A stretch of 64,000 bases of DNA, taken from positions 64,296,001 to 64,360,000 of the forward strand of contig NC_045696.1 of NCBI RefSeq assembly GCF_009834535.1, given 5' to 3'. The position numbers were made by a program, and so were the translations under genes. The DNA is from Camelus ferus. Taxonomy: Eukaryota. Below, one piece after another: positions 12,540 to 26,849 of the stretch (position 1 is its first letter; the number at the start of each line of letters is the position of its first letter). The notes below the pieces were generated by a model. The model made no database searches. It saw only the letters and a list, made by a program, of their open reading frames with translations, and was not told where the DNA came from.

Positions 12540-13040
12540 ATTTCAATTTTACAAATACTCAGTGTTTACTACATGAAAAGTACTGTACTGGCCAAATTGG
12601 AGAATACAAAAAATGGCTAAGGTTAAGCTTCTGTCCTTTAAGATGTTAAAATCAAATGGAGGAAAGAGATACAACATAAATAATAGTTAATACAGACACT
12701 GGAGGAAGAGAGAGATGAAAGGAAGATCTATTTTGGCTGAACAGAACACTTGAGGATTCTTGAAGGAAGCAGGATTTGAACTGGCCTTAAAGGATTTGCA
12801 GGATTTTGTAAGGCAAGGCGATCCTGATGGAGGCAAATGTTAAGTGTATTTCCCGGAATCACATCACATCGTAGCTACTTGTTTCAGTGTCTTTCTCCTC
12901 CACCTGAATATCAGTGCCTTCAGGTTTGGGATAATGGCTTACTTATTTTGCAACCTGACAACAGTATTTTATATCTTATTAATTTTTTAGCAAAGGCCTG
13001 GTACATTGTAAGTGCTCAGTAAATATTTGTTGAATTAATC
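12540..13040. mobile_element. L2 fragments
   Basis: L2 3'-end motifs caaatactcagtgtttactac and gcctggtacattgtaagtgctcagtaaatatttgttgaat. Confidence 0.65.
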
Positions 13041-14086
13041 AATTGATGGTTATTAGGCTCCAAAAAATTTTCAATGTCATCAGTCTGTACTTGGAAGTTG
13101 CTTAAGCAAGTTTCACTGAAGCTGTACCAAAAATCATGTTCAAAATATTAAAGCCACTCCCCAAAATTTTATCTGTTATCTCTGTGAAGGTTGATTTCCA
13201 CATTCTTCTCTGTATTTTAATGGAAGTAGACTCAGCGTTCTTATGAAAAACACTGTACTGGGCACCACTGGTATAAAACTGAGACTAACTAGTGCCTTGT
13301 AAGAATTAGACAATCTCTTTTCCAGGCCAGATCCTTCTGATTGAGACTTTTCTGCTCAGTGAAGAATCTCATTCGTGCTGCTTTGAGGGGTTATGTGATG
13401 AAATGGAGATGCTGTGTGAGCTGGTACCTCTTAGGGATCAGTGTGAGGTTGGTGGGTATTTGTGATGCTCATTACATCCCCAAATAAAGAACCACCCAAA
13501 ACCTATTTTCATCATGACCACTTCCAACTATAGGGTTCCCCAAAGAGGAAACTAGGTTCAAAGCACATAAGCAGATGGAAAACAAAATATTGCTTCCTTA
13601 GGAGGTATGTGGCCCATTCATGGCCATCTTGTAAGCCATACTGGAGTGCCTGGGTTCTACTTTGAGATAAGAATCGGGCATCTGATTCTTTGCTTCCCTC
13701 TAAATTCTGAGATCAGCATTTACCTTCAGGGAGAAAGATCTGTAAGGCAACCCCTAACATAACTCACCACTCTGTTGCAGATTTCAAGTGGATGATGAAG
13801 AGGAAAAGAACCTGGTTAGGCCTGTATCAAAGATGCAGACTATTTATATCAGCAAAGGGAAGAGAGAGCAACAGTCAGAGTTGCTCATCTTTAAGGACAA
13901 TTGATAAACGTAGCCCAGTGAATGTCCTGGATTCTGATCAGTGGATCAGCTCTTTCTCCCTCAGAGTTAACAAGGATATGGCCATGGTAGGAGGGGACAA
14001 AGGTACCTATTCCCTCTACAGTACCTATCATGTTCATGTGCTTGAAAGCATTCTCGGTTATGCTTGTCTCCCATGATGTGCATTTT

Positions 14087-14400
14087 CATTCATTCATTCA
14101 TTCCCTTGTTCAGCAAATATTTATCAAGTGTATTTTATGTGCTAGAGCCTCTGACAGACACTGGACCTGCATTGGTGAATAAGAATCAAATTCCCTGCTT
14201 GATGGAATTTGTAGTCTAATGAGGAATTTAAAAAAACAAATAGGAGATTGCAATACAATCTAAAGGTGATGTGACAAGAAGGTCTGGGAAGAACGAATAG
14301 GGGGAACTAGAGTAAAATTGATGACACAGGGATGGCTAAGAGAACTTCATGGTGGAAATAATGGCCAATTTGACCCCTGAAGAACAAGAAGGAGCTACTC
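14087..14400 (-). mobile_element. L2 3' fragment
   Basis: cattcattcattc...cagcaaatatttatcaagtg...tatgtgctag tail. Confidence 0.7.
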
Positions 14401-14403
14401 AGG

Positions 14404-15000
14404 TGTAGGTGTTTTTTGCCTGATCAGCATCCATTCCTCCAACTTCAGGTATAGCACCCTGACTTCCCTTTGGGTGACTATCCCGCCCCACCTTCAATTC
14501 ATGTGCTTTTGATAAGGTTGCTATCAACCCCACACTCCAGAGGTCAGAGCATAGTTCACTTCCAGTCCATCAGAATATTTCATTCCTCTGGTCTTCATGA
14601 TTGATTCAGTTACCTGCATGTCACCCAGTCAAGGCCAGTGAAATCCTAGTTTCAAGGGCATGTGTCAAAAACCATTAGACAAAAAGCCCTCTGATGCTCT
14701 GGAATTACCAAGCTAGTAGACGGTAAGTCTGGGGCTTTGCAAAAACAGGTACCACATCATATTTGCGTCTGAGGCAGAAAGCAGAAGAAATGAGCCACAC
14801 ACATACCGCCTCCCTCTCTCTTCTCCTATCAGGAAAGCAAAAGCTTTCTCAGAAAGCCCACTGCAGACTTTCCATAGATCCCACTGGCCAGAACTGGTCA
14901 TGTGGTCAACCCTACTTACAAGGGATGCTGGGAAACAAGGAATGGGATTTTAAGAATTGGCTTAGACTAATCATGGTCTGTGTGATGGCAGATCGCTGTA
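14404..15000. mobile_element. Two old MaLR LTR fragments (MLT1J/K-like) in opposite orientation
   Basis: cagcatccattcctcc...gcaccctgacttcccttt on plus; ggccagaactggtcatgtggtcaaccct...aagggatgctgggaaa on minus. Confidence 0.55.
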
Positions 15001-15138
15001 CTCTCCAAAGAACAAAACGAACAGAAACAAACAAAAACACTGAGTTCTATTAGTAAAGAAGGAGGAAAAAATGGTTATTGTAATGAACCATCTGTAGTGG
15101 TCACAGTGCATGAAGATATTTCTAAAATTCATGATCTA

Positions 15139-15525
15139 TGTATTTGTTCTCTAGGGCTGCCATAAATACCACAGACTGGGCGGCTTAAACAACAGACGTT
15201 TGTTTTCTCACTGTTCTGGAGGCTGGAAGTCCAAGATCAGGGTGTTGATAGGTTTAGTTTCTTCTGTGGTCTCCTCCTTGTTTGCAGATGGCTACCTTCT
15301 CCCTGTGTCTTCACATGATTTTTTCTCCGTGTCCATCCCTGGTGTCTCTTTGTGTGCCCAAATTTCCTCTTCTTACAATGACAACAGTCAGATTGGACGA
15401 GGGCCCATCCCAATGACCTCATTTTAACTTAACCATCTCTTTAAATCCCTGTCTCCAAATTCAGTCGTATTGGGGGTTGGCGCTTCAACATATGAATTTG
15501 AGGGGAACTCACTTCAGCCCATAAA
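15139..15525 (-). mobile_element. MLT1A/B-type MaLR LTR
   Basis: agggctgccataaataccacagactgggcggcttaaacaacag...ttctggaggctggaagtccaagatcagggtg. Confidence 0.85.
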
Positions 15526-15789
15526 AATCTGTAACATTAAATTTGGTCCTAGAAAGTTTATAAAATATTCTTCTATTAGCAGTGGGTGAGGGGGAGTTTC
15601 CTCTCTCACTACCTCCTTAAAACATTAAGAATTATCATTTTAAAAATCACTTTAAATTTATTAGAGGAAAAGTCAGGGTTGCAGTGATTTGTATTCCTTT
15701 GATTAGTCCTGAAGGTGAACACTTTCAGGTGCAGATGACTTTCAGCCTCACCCTGATTTAGGACATGGCAGTTCCAGGCAGGTGCCTCA

Positions 15790-16210
15790 CTTGGCATTCA
15801 ATGCCTGCTGGGCTCCTGGCGCCAAGACTCCTCCCAGAGTGAAGTAGGGTCGTGGTGGGACTCCACTCTGCAAGCAGGCCTGCCCAGCTCAGAAGCGCTG
15901 GGGAGTTTGCAGCCCTGGGACAACTTTCAGCCAATGGGATATGGCTGACAGTGAGTAGATGCGTCTCCCTGACCATCCCTGGAGGGGGAGGATTCTGAAC
16001 ACTCTCTGTGCTCCTAAGCACATCCCAGTAGGATTGAGCCTCCATTCCCCCATGGTGGTGGCAAACCCAACACACCAATGTATTGGCTTTTACTCCTCCC
16101 ATATTTCAATCTGCTCAGTTCCTCACGTCCGTCCCCTGGATTCATCCCTCTCCCCCAGATAAATTACTTGCACGAAAGCCCTATTACGACCTCTGCTTTC
16201 AGAGGCTAAG
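15790..16210 (+). mobile_element. LTR16-like ERVL LTR
   Basis: ccctgggacaactttcagccaatggg, cccagtaggattgagcctcca, ataaattacttgcac...ctctgctttcag. Confidence 0.65.
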
Positions 16211-18288
16211 GTATCTGTAAGCTGTTCTTTGGTTGTACCTTTTCAGTTTTGCTACTTTTCCCCATGTTTTCTGCATATGTTTAATATATCAAGAATATTA
16301 ACCTTTTGGGACTATGTCAACAGAGTTGGTAAGGGAAAATATATCCCGTGAACTCAGTGCCATACCCTGCTATATTTGAAATCAAGAGAAAATATTCTTG
16401 TATTGGTCTTAATACTTTAGAAATGCAATGTTTAGCTGGATCATATTACAGTTTTCATCACTTTTTTCAACTTGGAACTCATATTTATGCCTCCACGCTA
16501 TTCTACCTGATACAAGGTGGTTTCCTCTTAGGGTTGTTTGTTTTAGAGATAGAGCACCATTTTGAATTGTGTTGAGAACATGAATGAAAGTTTCTAAATG
16601 TATTTACTTCTTCTAATCCATCTGTTTTAGGTGGAGAGCAACACTTACTCTCCTGTGTGGTCCATTCCCTTTGAATTGCAGCTTTAATTTTGCCCAAGTT
16701 CTGTGCTTCTACTGATTATTCCTCCTTAGAGAAGAAGGCCTATGCTTCTGCAGAATTAGCTTATATCCCAGAAAGAGTAGAGGGTAATTTCTGTCAAAAT
16801 TGCTGGGGTTTTTGTTTTGTTTTGTTTTGTTTCCCTTTAAGGCCCTTCAGCTTCAAATAATTCTGAGATTCCTGGAGGCACCGTCAATCTTGAGGTGGGA
16901 AGTCCTAAGCCATTTTACACCAAATTCAAACAGAGCAGGCCGAGAAGAAGGAGCTAAGATGAGGAACAGCTTATGTATAAAGAAACTGAATATGATTCCT
17001 GCGGCCAAAGGAAGGGTTTAATAACTGGAGGTAGGACTAGATATACAGGCAGTGTGCTGAGTACTTAGATGGATTTATTACCCCTACTTACAAAGGTCAA
17101 GAGAAGAACCTATGTTATTTTACCCTCCCAGATTATCCTTGTTTAAAACTTAGTCTAGTCAATTTCATTTGAATATAATTAACAAACATCTGGTGTTCTC
17201 TAGCTCTTTCCCTCCCCGTGATGTAGCGTCTTCTCACTTGGGTGAGCATTGATGGGATTCCCCTCTAGTGACTGCTCCTTTTCTGAGCAGGATTTCTGTC
17301 AGCAGAGAACAGCAGTTGAACTGGGTACTGTTTCTTATACAATGGAATGATCTCTCTTGTTCCTCTATAGCTCCAGTGAGAAAGTTGTGAGTTCATTATG
17401 CCATTTTATCTGCCACTGATTATGATAATCACAAGTGTGACTTTGCCTATGTGTTTTTTTTAAAGGGCAGAACAATGAAGTAATCAATCTTCTAATCATC
17501 TTGTCACTTCTTTTTCACAGCAGTAAAACTCCCCCACCCTCAGCAGCAGAATGGGATGCAGAAGCAAGGTCCTGCACTCAGATGCACGACCCAGGCTGAG
17601 CCTCAGGGACAGTGTCCAAGAAAACCAGACCCCTAAAAGACTTGACTTTGTAATAGTCTTGAACTATTTGTTTCAACTCCTTATTCACTCAACTGACTCA
17701 CCTGCTTCTGATGATCTTGGCTTCTGAAACTTCAAATAATTTCTCTTTTTTTTTCTTGAATAATTTCTTTTATCTGGTTTTGCCTCATACCTCAGTCCTG
17801 AAAACTGATTTCATCTTCTCTTGCTCTGAGTTCTGGATTCTTTCCTTGACAGCAAGTTGCATTGTGAATTCAGGTAAATGCTTCAACAAGGTTTCAACAC
17901 AGTCCCAAAGATGTTACCCAAGGTGCAGGCCCTTAGGTCCACCATTGCTGCTAACTCACCTGCAGATTCAGGGATGAAACCAACCCAAGCCAGGATTGGT
18001 GGGGCTCCACTCTGGAGGGGGGAACTTGAAAGAAAGACAGGTCTAGGGAATGAAAGGTTGGTCTCTGAAAGAATCCTGGTCCTGTGGAAGGGATCAGTGC
18101 TGAGCAATCATAGAGAAAATAAAAGGAGATGAAGTTGAGGTATGCAAGGACATCCTTGAATTGTTTCTGGGAATGGCAGATTCTCCCATAAAAGAGGCAG
18201 AGCAAAACAGAAGCCCTCTAATTCCGTTTGGATCTTACACTCTGTGATAAAGCCTACAAATCCAAGCTTCATCCAGAGTGAGTTGGAT

Positions 18289-18858
18289 CATATGATCCAG
18301 CAGTTCCACTTCTGTGTATACACTCCAAAGAATTAAAAGCAGGGATTCAAACAGGTATTTCTACACCCATGTTTATTGTATTATTCACAATTGTCAAAAT
18401 GTAAAAGCAACCCAGTGTCCATCCACAGATGAATGGATAATCAAAAGGTAGTACACAAGCATACAATGGAGTACTATTCAGTCTTAAAAAGGAAATTCTG
18501 ATGCATGCAACCACATGGATGAATTTTAAAGATAGTATTCTAAGTGAGATAAGCCAGTTACAGAAAAAAAATATATACTATATGATTCCACTTATATGAG
18601 ATACCTAGAATGGTCACATTCATAGAGACAGAAAATAGAATGGTGGTTACCAGGTGCCACAGTGGAGCGAGGAGGGAAGTTGGAAGTTCTTGTTTAATGG
18701 GTACAGAGTTCCAGCTGGAGAAGGATGGTGTTGATGGTTGCACAGCATTGGGATTGTACTGTGTTACTGAGCCATATGCTTACAAATGGTTAAAATCATC
18801 AATTTTATGTTACGTAAATTTTAACACAATATTTTCAAAAAGAAAAGAGAAAGAAAAT
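18289..18858 (+). mobile_element. L1MB-type 3' end
   Basis: catatgatccagcagttccactt, ccatccacagatgaatggataa, catagagacagaaaatagaatggtggttaccagg; A-rich tail. Confidence 0.85.
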
Positions 18859-20296
18859 AAATGCATTGGGACTGGGTGGGTGTGGGTGTGGGAGTGAGTG
18901 ACAGGGATGTTCACATCTGCCCTGTCTCCTAAAGGAAACGGTCATCCCTGAGAGTATAGATGAAGGCTCACCTTGAACCTAGATGTGAGGGGTAAAAGAA
19001 GACAGAGGAAAGTGAGCAGGGCTCAATGCTCCATAAATATTGGCTCAAAAGGCCAGCAATAAGTGAATTAGTTTTGCAAATAATCTTAAGTTGTTGCACT
19101 GATAGAGAACCCTGTCTGATTTGTTCAAATGTCTGCTAACATGCTTTCCACAAACACACAGACAGACATTACATGGGTGTTGCTCCTGGCATGCTTGGGT
19201 AATCCTATGACTTCTTGAGCCATGGGAATCTGCACTCACTATGTCCTTGGCTCATTTAGCCTTGTTCTTAGGGCTACTTTATTGATTGCCCTCAGGTATC
19301 ATATGAGTGAGTGAGTGAGTGAGTGGGCCGGTCAATGGGAGAAGCAGCACCACAAGCAATCAAGTGCTGCCGGTGTTGATAGAAGCTCGTAGGATTCAGT
19401 TCCAGAGCTTCCTTAGCTTGTATTCAGTGGTCTCCAGATAGGAGTGCAGCAGCATAGATCTTTGGCCTCCAAATTTAGCCATATCTGCTCTTCAGCTTTG
19501 GTTTTGGTCTCAGCCTTTAAGAGGCCAAATAGCTGGACACCCAACTGTAGTGTCACTCCTGACATCTCTGAAATTACATATGATCAACGATCATGAGATT
19601 GCATAAGTTACCCTCATGTCTAATCGATGTAACATCAGTAACAAAAACAGGGCATGTCACTTACAGCTGTTGTTTTTGTTAGAATTTTCACTTTCAAATA
19701 TGGGTAAGCATTTTAGATGTAAGTAGGATTCAAATTTCCTTGTATGCTTTAGTTTTTGAGATTCTATCAGTTTAAGTATAAATATATAGTTATGAATTTG
19801 GAGTAAAATGCTGCAATAATTAATGTTGATTGTGAACAACACATTCATTTAAAAAATAATTAAAGATTTTTCAAATAGCTAAATAGAGAAATATTCAGTT
19901 TATGAGCTTTTGTCAACACAATTGCATCATTATCATTGACTAAATTATGAAGCACAGGATTTAAAAGGAACAGAATCTTCACCTTAACATCACCATCAAA
20001 AAAATATCGGAAGTTGGACATCTTGGTTGCCATGCAGTAGACCAGTTGCATGTACCAGCAAAGTTATCCCAAAAGACCTTGTTCTTCCACTCATTTTAGT
20101 TCAAAGTAAAGATCTGTTCATAGCTCAAAAATGCAGTTCAGTGACCACACGTGCTACTCAGAAGTGGCAGTGCTGAGAAATGATCATCCCCACACTAGGT
20201 CAAACTCTTAAATTTTGAAAGCAGAAAATTTAAACAATTAAAAATGCTATAATAGTTCAGATTTTCTTATTCTCAGATATTCATTCTGTGAAGGTA

Positions 20297-20403
20297 AGGG
20301 TGACCAGCATACTCTGTTTGCCTGCAACTGAGGGTATTCCTAAACTCAGGACTTGATCAAATCTGGCAAGTCTGGGGCACATAGGAACAAGTTGGTCATT
20401 GTA
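20297..20403. mobile_element. hAT-Blackjack-type MITE (MER94/MER81-like)
   Basis: Imperfect TIRs agggtgacca...ttggtca. Confidence 0.5.
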
Positions 20404-21149
20404 ATGATCATGTTATATTCAGCCTCAGCCTTGGATTTGACTTTATGTTGGCTTTAACATTTGGCCAAATATCTGTATTTAGTGCATTTCTGCCACTAAA
20501 ATCTTGCAGTGTTTGGTATGCACACACCAACTAACACAACACTGATCACTTCTCAGCATAGGAGAAGCTAGGAGACCAGGTCTGGAGGGAAAGTGGAGGG
20601 CTCTTCAGTGATCCATGAGACTGGGTGTGGTGGAGCCAACTCATGGACTGACCCCAAATCCCAGGGCTCCAGGAATGAGCCCTGACATCCACGTTCTTCC
20701 CCAACTTCAGCACTCTACTCTCCTTATGATTCCCAGTGTTGATTTTCCTACAGGACAAGGAATCTGCCTAGGTTTTTACTTCTTAGCCTGCCTGCTACTC
20801 TAGTTTTTATTTGTCATGCACTGTTCCTCACCTGAGTCCTTTAAATAAATGTTTTTGTTAGTTGAAGATAAGTCAATGCCTTGCTTTAGAGTTTGTAAAC
20901 ATATTGCCTGGATTAATGAGCCAGGACCAGTTCTCTGCTTTCACAGTGTGCTGGAACACAGTGCAACAGTTCAACAGGTGTGTTACTGTGCCTGAAATGG
21001 CTTCTTATATACAAAGTTATTTGGTTGAAACTCAATCTTCAATTTGAAGGAAAAAAAAAAAAAAGCTGGTCAAATGTCCAATAAGATGACTAGTCTATAT
21101 TTGGGGGATTTAAAAAGATTTCTCTTTCTAAAAAGGAAGAGAAGGATGA

Positions 21150-21380
21150 TGATATAATAATGATAAATAGCTAACATTTATTATGATAATGTTCTGGGAG
21201 CTTTACTTGGATTAATTTACTTAATCTTCATGGCAACTCTGTCAGTTAAGTACTGTACTGTTATTGTTAGACTATAGGACTGTAACTAGTACTGTTATTG
21301 GGGAGGAAACTGAGACCACAGTCACAAAGCTAGCAATTGGTAGAGTCATGCTTCAAACCCAGATATCCAAGCTCCATTAC
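21150..21380 (-). mobile_element. MIR SINE
   Basis: atagctaacatttatt...gaggaaactgag...gtcacaaagctag...ttcaaacccag. Confidence 0.75.
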
Positions 21381-23919
21381 ACTCTTGTAATTTCATGATA
21401 AATAGAATATGGTCTTTAATAATTCAATGGCACAATTTTATAGCTATGATGTGAAAGAATATTTTTCTAATTGTAAATTTAAACTTAATTTTTCCTTAGA
21501 GAACTAATTTTACTCCCCCAAGACATTCCAAATAAAAATTACACATGATCCTACAACGAATTTTGAGAAGTTGTCTGAGATTCAGCAACTAGCTTTTTAT
21601 GATTTGAACCAATGCCAATGTTTTCTTGGTGGTCAAGAAATATATAACCCATTTTATACAGTTGGGTGGGGTGAGATAAGAGCAAAGGCAGGGAGGTATG
21701 GAAGAGGAAGCCAAAAAGCCTGAGGCTATTTGCTAAGAACATTGTTTCATCTAAAAGAAAATATCATGATCATATTTTTAAATGACTCTGCACCCATCTT
21801 ATACTAATGAATCAAAACTCGCCATTTGAATTTTAGGCACAGATCAATCTCATAAGCAGTCACCCTCAAAACCATCTGCCCATCATTCTAGACATAAAGA
21901 TCCTTGATATAATACAAAATACGGGATGATCTCTCAGATCCTTTCTGCACTAGAATTTTATGATTCTAAATCAGGCTGCTTTACTGATTGTCTATATCCT
22001 CTATGGCCCAAAACAGCAAAGAGAGGCAAGTATCCAAGGGGCTGTTCTCTATCCTGGTTGGGGTAATATCTAGCCTACAAAATGCTATTATTGGTCACAA
22101 AAATAGATCAGAATGACTTAGCACTGTGAACATTAATATTAATATCTCTGGCTGTATTAGAACTTGTTTGATATATACAAAGCACTCCCATGGAATCATT
22201 CAAAGCTCATAACAACCCTGAGAGGTAGGAGTTATTACCTCCAGCTCATAAGTAAAGAAGGGGGAAATGGAAATGCCAAAGGGTCTCTTTCAGAGTCATT
22301 TTGATTGCAAATCTAGCATACTTGGCACCATACATAGACTGATCATTAGATATGCACAATTAAAAAAAGAACAGACTCATTAATATTTGTGATACTAGAG
22401 GAGGACATCAAAAGAAAGAACCAACACTGAGGCATAAAGCTCATTTCAAAAATGACAAAACAGTATCCAAAAAATCCTGCTATTAATTCCTGTTGCTAAG
22501 ACTCTTTACCTCTCATAAGGACATAAATAAAAATCCCAAGGCTTTGGGAATCTAAGCCAGATCAGATATGTTTTTATTCTCTCTCTCTCTCTTTTTATAT
22601 ATATACATGTTTACTTTAATTTTAAGGTAGGCAGAACACCTGCATACAGAATTATATATAAACGAATGGTGCCCCTGTTCAGTACTATTAAAAATTGAGG
22701 TGCTTTGTGAATGGAGTGTGCTTTATGGAAATATTCATGCTAATGGAATTGATTCAACCAAAGCCATGCATTGTCAAGAATTATATCCATATTATTTATT
22801 AAAGAAAAAAATCCATTTGCTAAAAATGTAGAAAGCAGCTATCCATTTTTCCATATGCCTAGATAACTATTGCCAGGGGTGTCTCATCATGTTGACTTCC
22901 ATCCTGTACACAAAACACATACTAAAATTGAAAATTCACAGAGCAAATAAATATTCGTTGTCATGTTTACATTTGGGAGGTAAAAGTCTACAATTTGGTC
23001 TAGATAGGAAGATTGATGTGGAAATAACATCACTAATAGAAATGGAAATTTCCCAACCTAACTCATTTTTCTCTTCTAAATCTATCACCAGACTGGAGTG
23101 ACTCGTTGGTCTTGTCTGAATTTGAAACTCTGGCTGCACCAGTCATATATTTGCCCTGGGGTTAAATAGGTGCTTTAACTCCAATTGAAAATCACCAGAA
23201 ACCAAATAAAAAGTAGTTAAAAACAGGATTCACCTTGTTTCTTCACATTTATGTATTGATACTTATATATTTTTCTTTATATAACCATCCCGGTTTTGTT
23301 TGCTTGTTTGTTATTTTGATTATACTTATTCAAATTTCTTTAGTCTCATATATTTGAACAAAATGCTATTCAAAAATAGTATTCTCAGTTCCTGAGAAAA
23401 ATATTAAGTTATGCCAACATTAGCCACCACATGATCATTTTCTTTACTGTGACTAGGAACGTAAGAGATTCCAAAATATGTCATAGCATGAAAAATGAAC
23501 CCATTACTTCCATGTCTGGGGTGGCCTTTATTTGGCTGGACATACGATTGTGAACTTCCCCATAGTTCCCGTGACTGATGCTAACTCACTAAATTGTAAA
23601 TTCAAGATTTTCATTTTTGTGTGCGTATTGGAAATTATTGTAGTTGAGGAAAATATTTTTCCTTCGATTACTCATAACTATGATACTTCTATTGGAAAAA
23701 CTCAGACAATATTTTCAAGGACATAAAAATCCATTACAGCCACAAAACCATGATATCTAAAATTTACCCTTGAAACTGATGGTCATAGTTTTTTGTCTTT
23801 TTGGGAAAAAAGATTTTTCCATTTAGGAGTAAAAGACATCCATGAATCATGTTTCAATCACATCCATTAAGAGAGAGATTATAAAGGTGGCAAGTGAAAA
23901 AAATGCAGCATAACTCACC

Positions 23920-24720
23920 GTAGTATTAGATACTCTATTCTCAGCAACACTGATGCTCTTTTTCCTGGAACTTCTGTCTTTTGGACCATAGTACCACTGA
24001 TCTGATTTTCTAGAGTCTGCTCTTTCCTTTCCCATTTTCTATTTCTTTCTTTTTATTTTTCTTTCTGACAGACTTCTTCAACTTTATCCCACAATCCTCC
24101 GTTGAATCATTTATTTCTGCTCTCCGTTCTTCATTTTCTACAATCCCTCTTGGTAGAACTTTTATGCTCAGTGTATCCTTTTCTTGGAGCCCCTTTTTCT
24201 TCTCCTGAATTTGGTCAACCTTTTCCATCTCCTTTGCTTCTCCTTTCAAGCCTCTAAACATTGTCACTCTGTAAAAGCCTTAACTATTTGCTCTGTTTAT
24301 TTGTTTAAAACATGTCACTATTTGCTTTGTCTAAATATTCTAAGAATTTAAAACAGAAACCAGCCCTCTTTTCTCTAGCCACTTTCTCTCTGTATGTGGT
24401 CTTATTTACTTTCATAGCTTTAAATACCATTTATCCACAGTTGACTTCAGCCTTTTATGACACATTATACAAAGTAGCCCTCCTTATGTACCACTATCTA
24501 CCCCATTGCTCTCTACTGCTTTTCTCTCCTGTATTTTCTTCCTTATTCTTATTATGATATAATGTGATTCTAGTATATTGTCTAGACTATAGTATAGTAC
24601 ACATTATATAAGCTCCTCACTAGAATGATCTTTGTCTATTTTGTTAAATGTTTAAACTCTGGTGCCCAGAAGGGTATTTGTTACCATGCTCCATCAATAT
24701 TTTTTTAAGGAATAAATATC
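23920..24720 (+). mobile_element. L2 fragments
   Basis: Pyrimidine-rich L2 body, with 3' end tttgtctattttgttaaatg...ctccatcaatattt. Confidence 0.5.
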
Positions 24721-25037
24721 TCTGAGAATAGGACCTCAGCTTTTAAAATGTTTTCTTCTATTCTTTAAACTCTTTCTGTTTCCTCTGAGCTCCCCTTTTC
24801 TGTGGATTATTTACAGGTAAATAGAGGCTCTTCTCTAGTACCTAGATAACCTTGGTGGTTCATATAATAAGAAGAATCTAAAACACAGGTGGAGAACGAT
24901 AAGCATGGGAGAACTTAGTGCACAGCAGGCTTCAGTGTAGGGCAATCGGGCAAGGTCTAGCCATTTTGTTGGGGGTCCCAAATGGCAGTATCTGCGGTCT
25001 TTTCTATTAGGCTAGTCCCTTAACCAATAGAACAATT

Positions 25038-25149
25038 CTTCCTTCCTCCCTTCCTCCCTTCCTCCCTTCCTCCCTTCCTTTCACTCTTTCTCTCTTTCTT
25101 TCTCTTTTTCTTTCTTTCTTTCTTCCTTCCTTTCTTTCTTCCTTTCTTC

Positions 25150-25182
<33 letters not shown>

Positions 25183-25203
25183 TTTCTTTCTTTCTTCCTT
25201 TCT
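25038..25203. repeat. Compound (CCTT/CTTT)n polypyrimidine microsatellite
   Basis: About 165 bp almost entirely C/T. Confidence 0.95.
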
Positions 25204-26849
25204 GTTTGCAGATCTAAGCAGGGTTGCTATTTAGCATATATTTAATAATATGATCCTAGCAATTCTTTAAACACTGGTGTACATACCAGAAACCCCAGAC
25301 CCCTCATTTCACCACGACTTAGCAATTGCAAGTATAGCTGGGGTCCACTAAGTCCACTAAGACCCTGCTCTAGCTCTGCTGCCAGCATCGGTGACTGTGA
25401 TGTACTTACTGATTGTGAAATATTTTTCATAAGTAGAAACCACCTATCCATCATCTAAGAGCCAAAACACAGAAGGGGAAGGATGCTCACCGTCACTGTT
25501 GCCCACTTTCTCTTAATGCCCTGATTTTCAATGTAGGCACCTCACTCTTGTCCTTGGTTGTAAGTGATGTCCCTTAGCCCAGAACCTGGATACTTCATCA
25601 TCTTCAGAAGGTAAACCTCCAGTCTTCTTCCAAGGAAGGATAAGGGTACTTAGAGTTTGAAATATTCTTTATAAAGACTTGCAACCAATCTTCTTTTGCT
25701 AACCCAAATTTGCCCTTCTGTCTTCAGAGTCCTAGTACCTCTCATTCTTGAACTTTCTTAGCGTTCTGCAATGCAAAGAGACCAGTTTCCTGTTTATGTA
25801 CCTCACCCCTGTGGGTTTAAGTTTCAGCTTTTTCTGCCTTTCTAAGTCAAAAATTCATCCATGCGCCTCCTAGTTTCCCCAAATTTATCTACCTTTCCAG
25901 TTCTATCTTTTTTAAGTTTACACTTTAATTTTTTGCCTTTTTTCTCTTTATAAAGTTGGATCAGAAAAGAGTGAATATAGATCGTGTTCATTTCACTACT
26001 TTAACTGTGAGTGTGAAAGGAATAAATTTTACCAACTAGATTTTAATTCAGCCAATTGTTGGTCTTTTATATGCAAAATACTACATGGTCAACATCTAAA
26101 CATGATGATCATGACTCTTTCAGATGAAAAAACGGTGTCTGTACACATGCACACAAGCTTACATTAATGTTAACTCCAAAGGAGAAACAGATTTCTATGT
26201 CAGGGAGTAGATAGTTACAAACAAGGAATCAGGGTCTCTGTGAGGGGTTTAGTTGTCAGTTTGATTGTAAATAGATTTCATGGGCTTGAACAAGGAATGG
26301 CATATTCTGAATGATTCTTTTGGGGATTGTTTAAGGACATAGAATGTCTGCTGTTCTAAGCAAATTCTGAAATGTCTATTGAATTTGTTTATATTTGTAC
26401 TATTTATTGCAAGACAGCTGCAATTCCAAACAAAGAGGTATCTGTGTAGCATATATTTGTTAAGTACTTGTTATCTTGTCAATTTTTTTCTGCTCACTGG
26501 CTTGCTTTTTAATTTTTAATTTATTTTTAGTAATCATAGATTTTTCTGACTGATTGAGCTAAATCGAACTGACCTAGAAACAAAAATAAAACTTATTATT
26601 GGGTTGGGAATTTCACTTACCTAGTTTTAGGAGCATGCTAATTATCCAGAAAAAGTCTTTGAATAGATTTCAAGAATGGTATAAGAATAATTTTGAATAT
26701 TGGAAACTTTTTTAAAGAACTGGAAAAATTAAAAAATCCAGTAATAGTCTAAAACACAAGGCCGTGTCACAGTTTGAAGAAGCTGATGTCATTTGAAAAC
26801 TTTAGAAGTGGTACAGACAAAAAAATGTCACATTTTTGGCTAACTAGCA

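Noticed and set aside
13781..13814. Plus-strand mini-exon candidate (ttgcAG|ATTTC...CTG|GTTAGG)
   Set aside because: Weak donor and no partner exons on this strand
19657..20110. Short minus-strand ORFs with possible donors
   Set aside because: Weak acceptors, AT-rich, no recognisable protein
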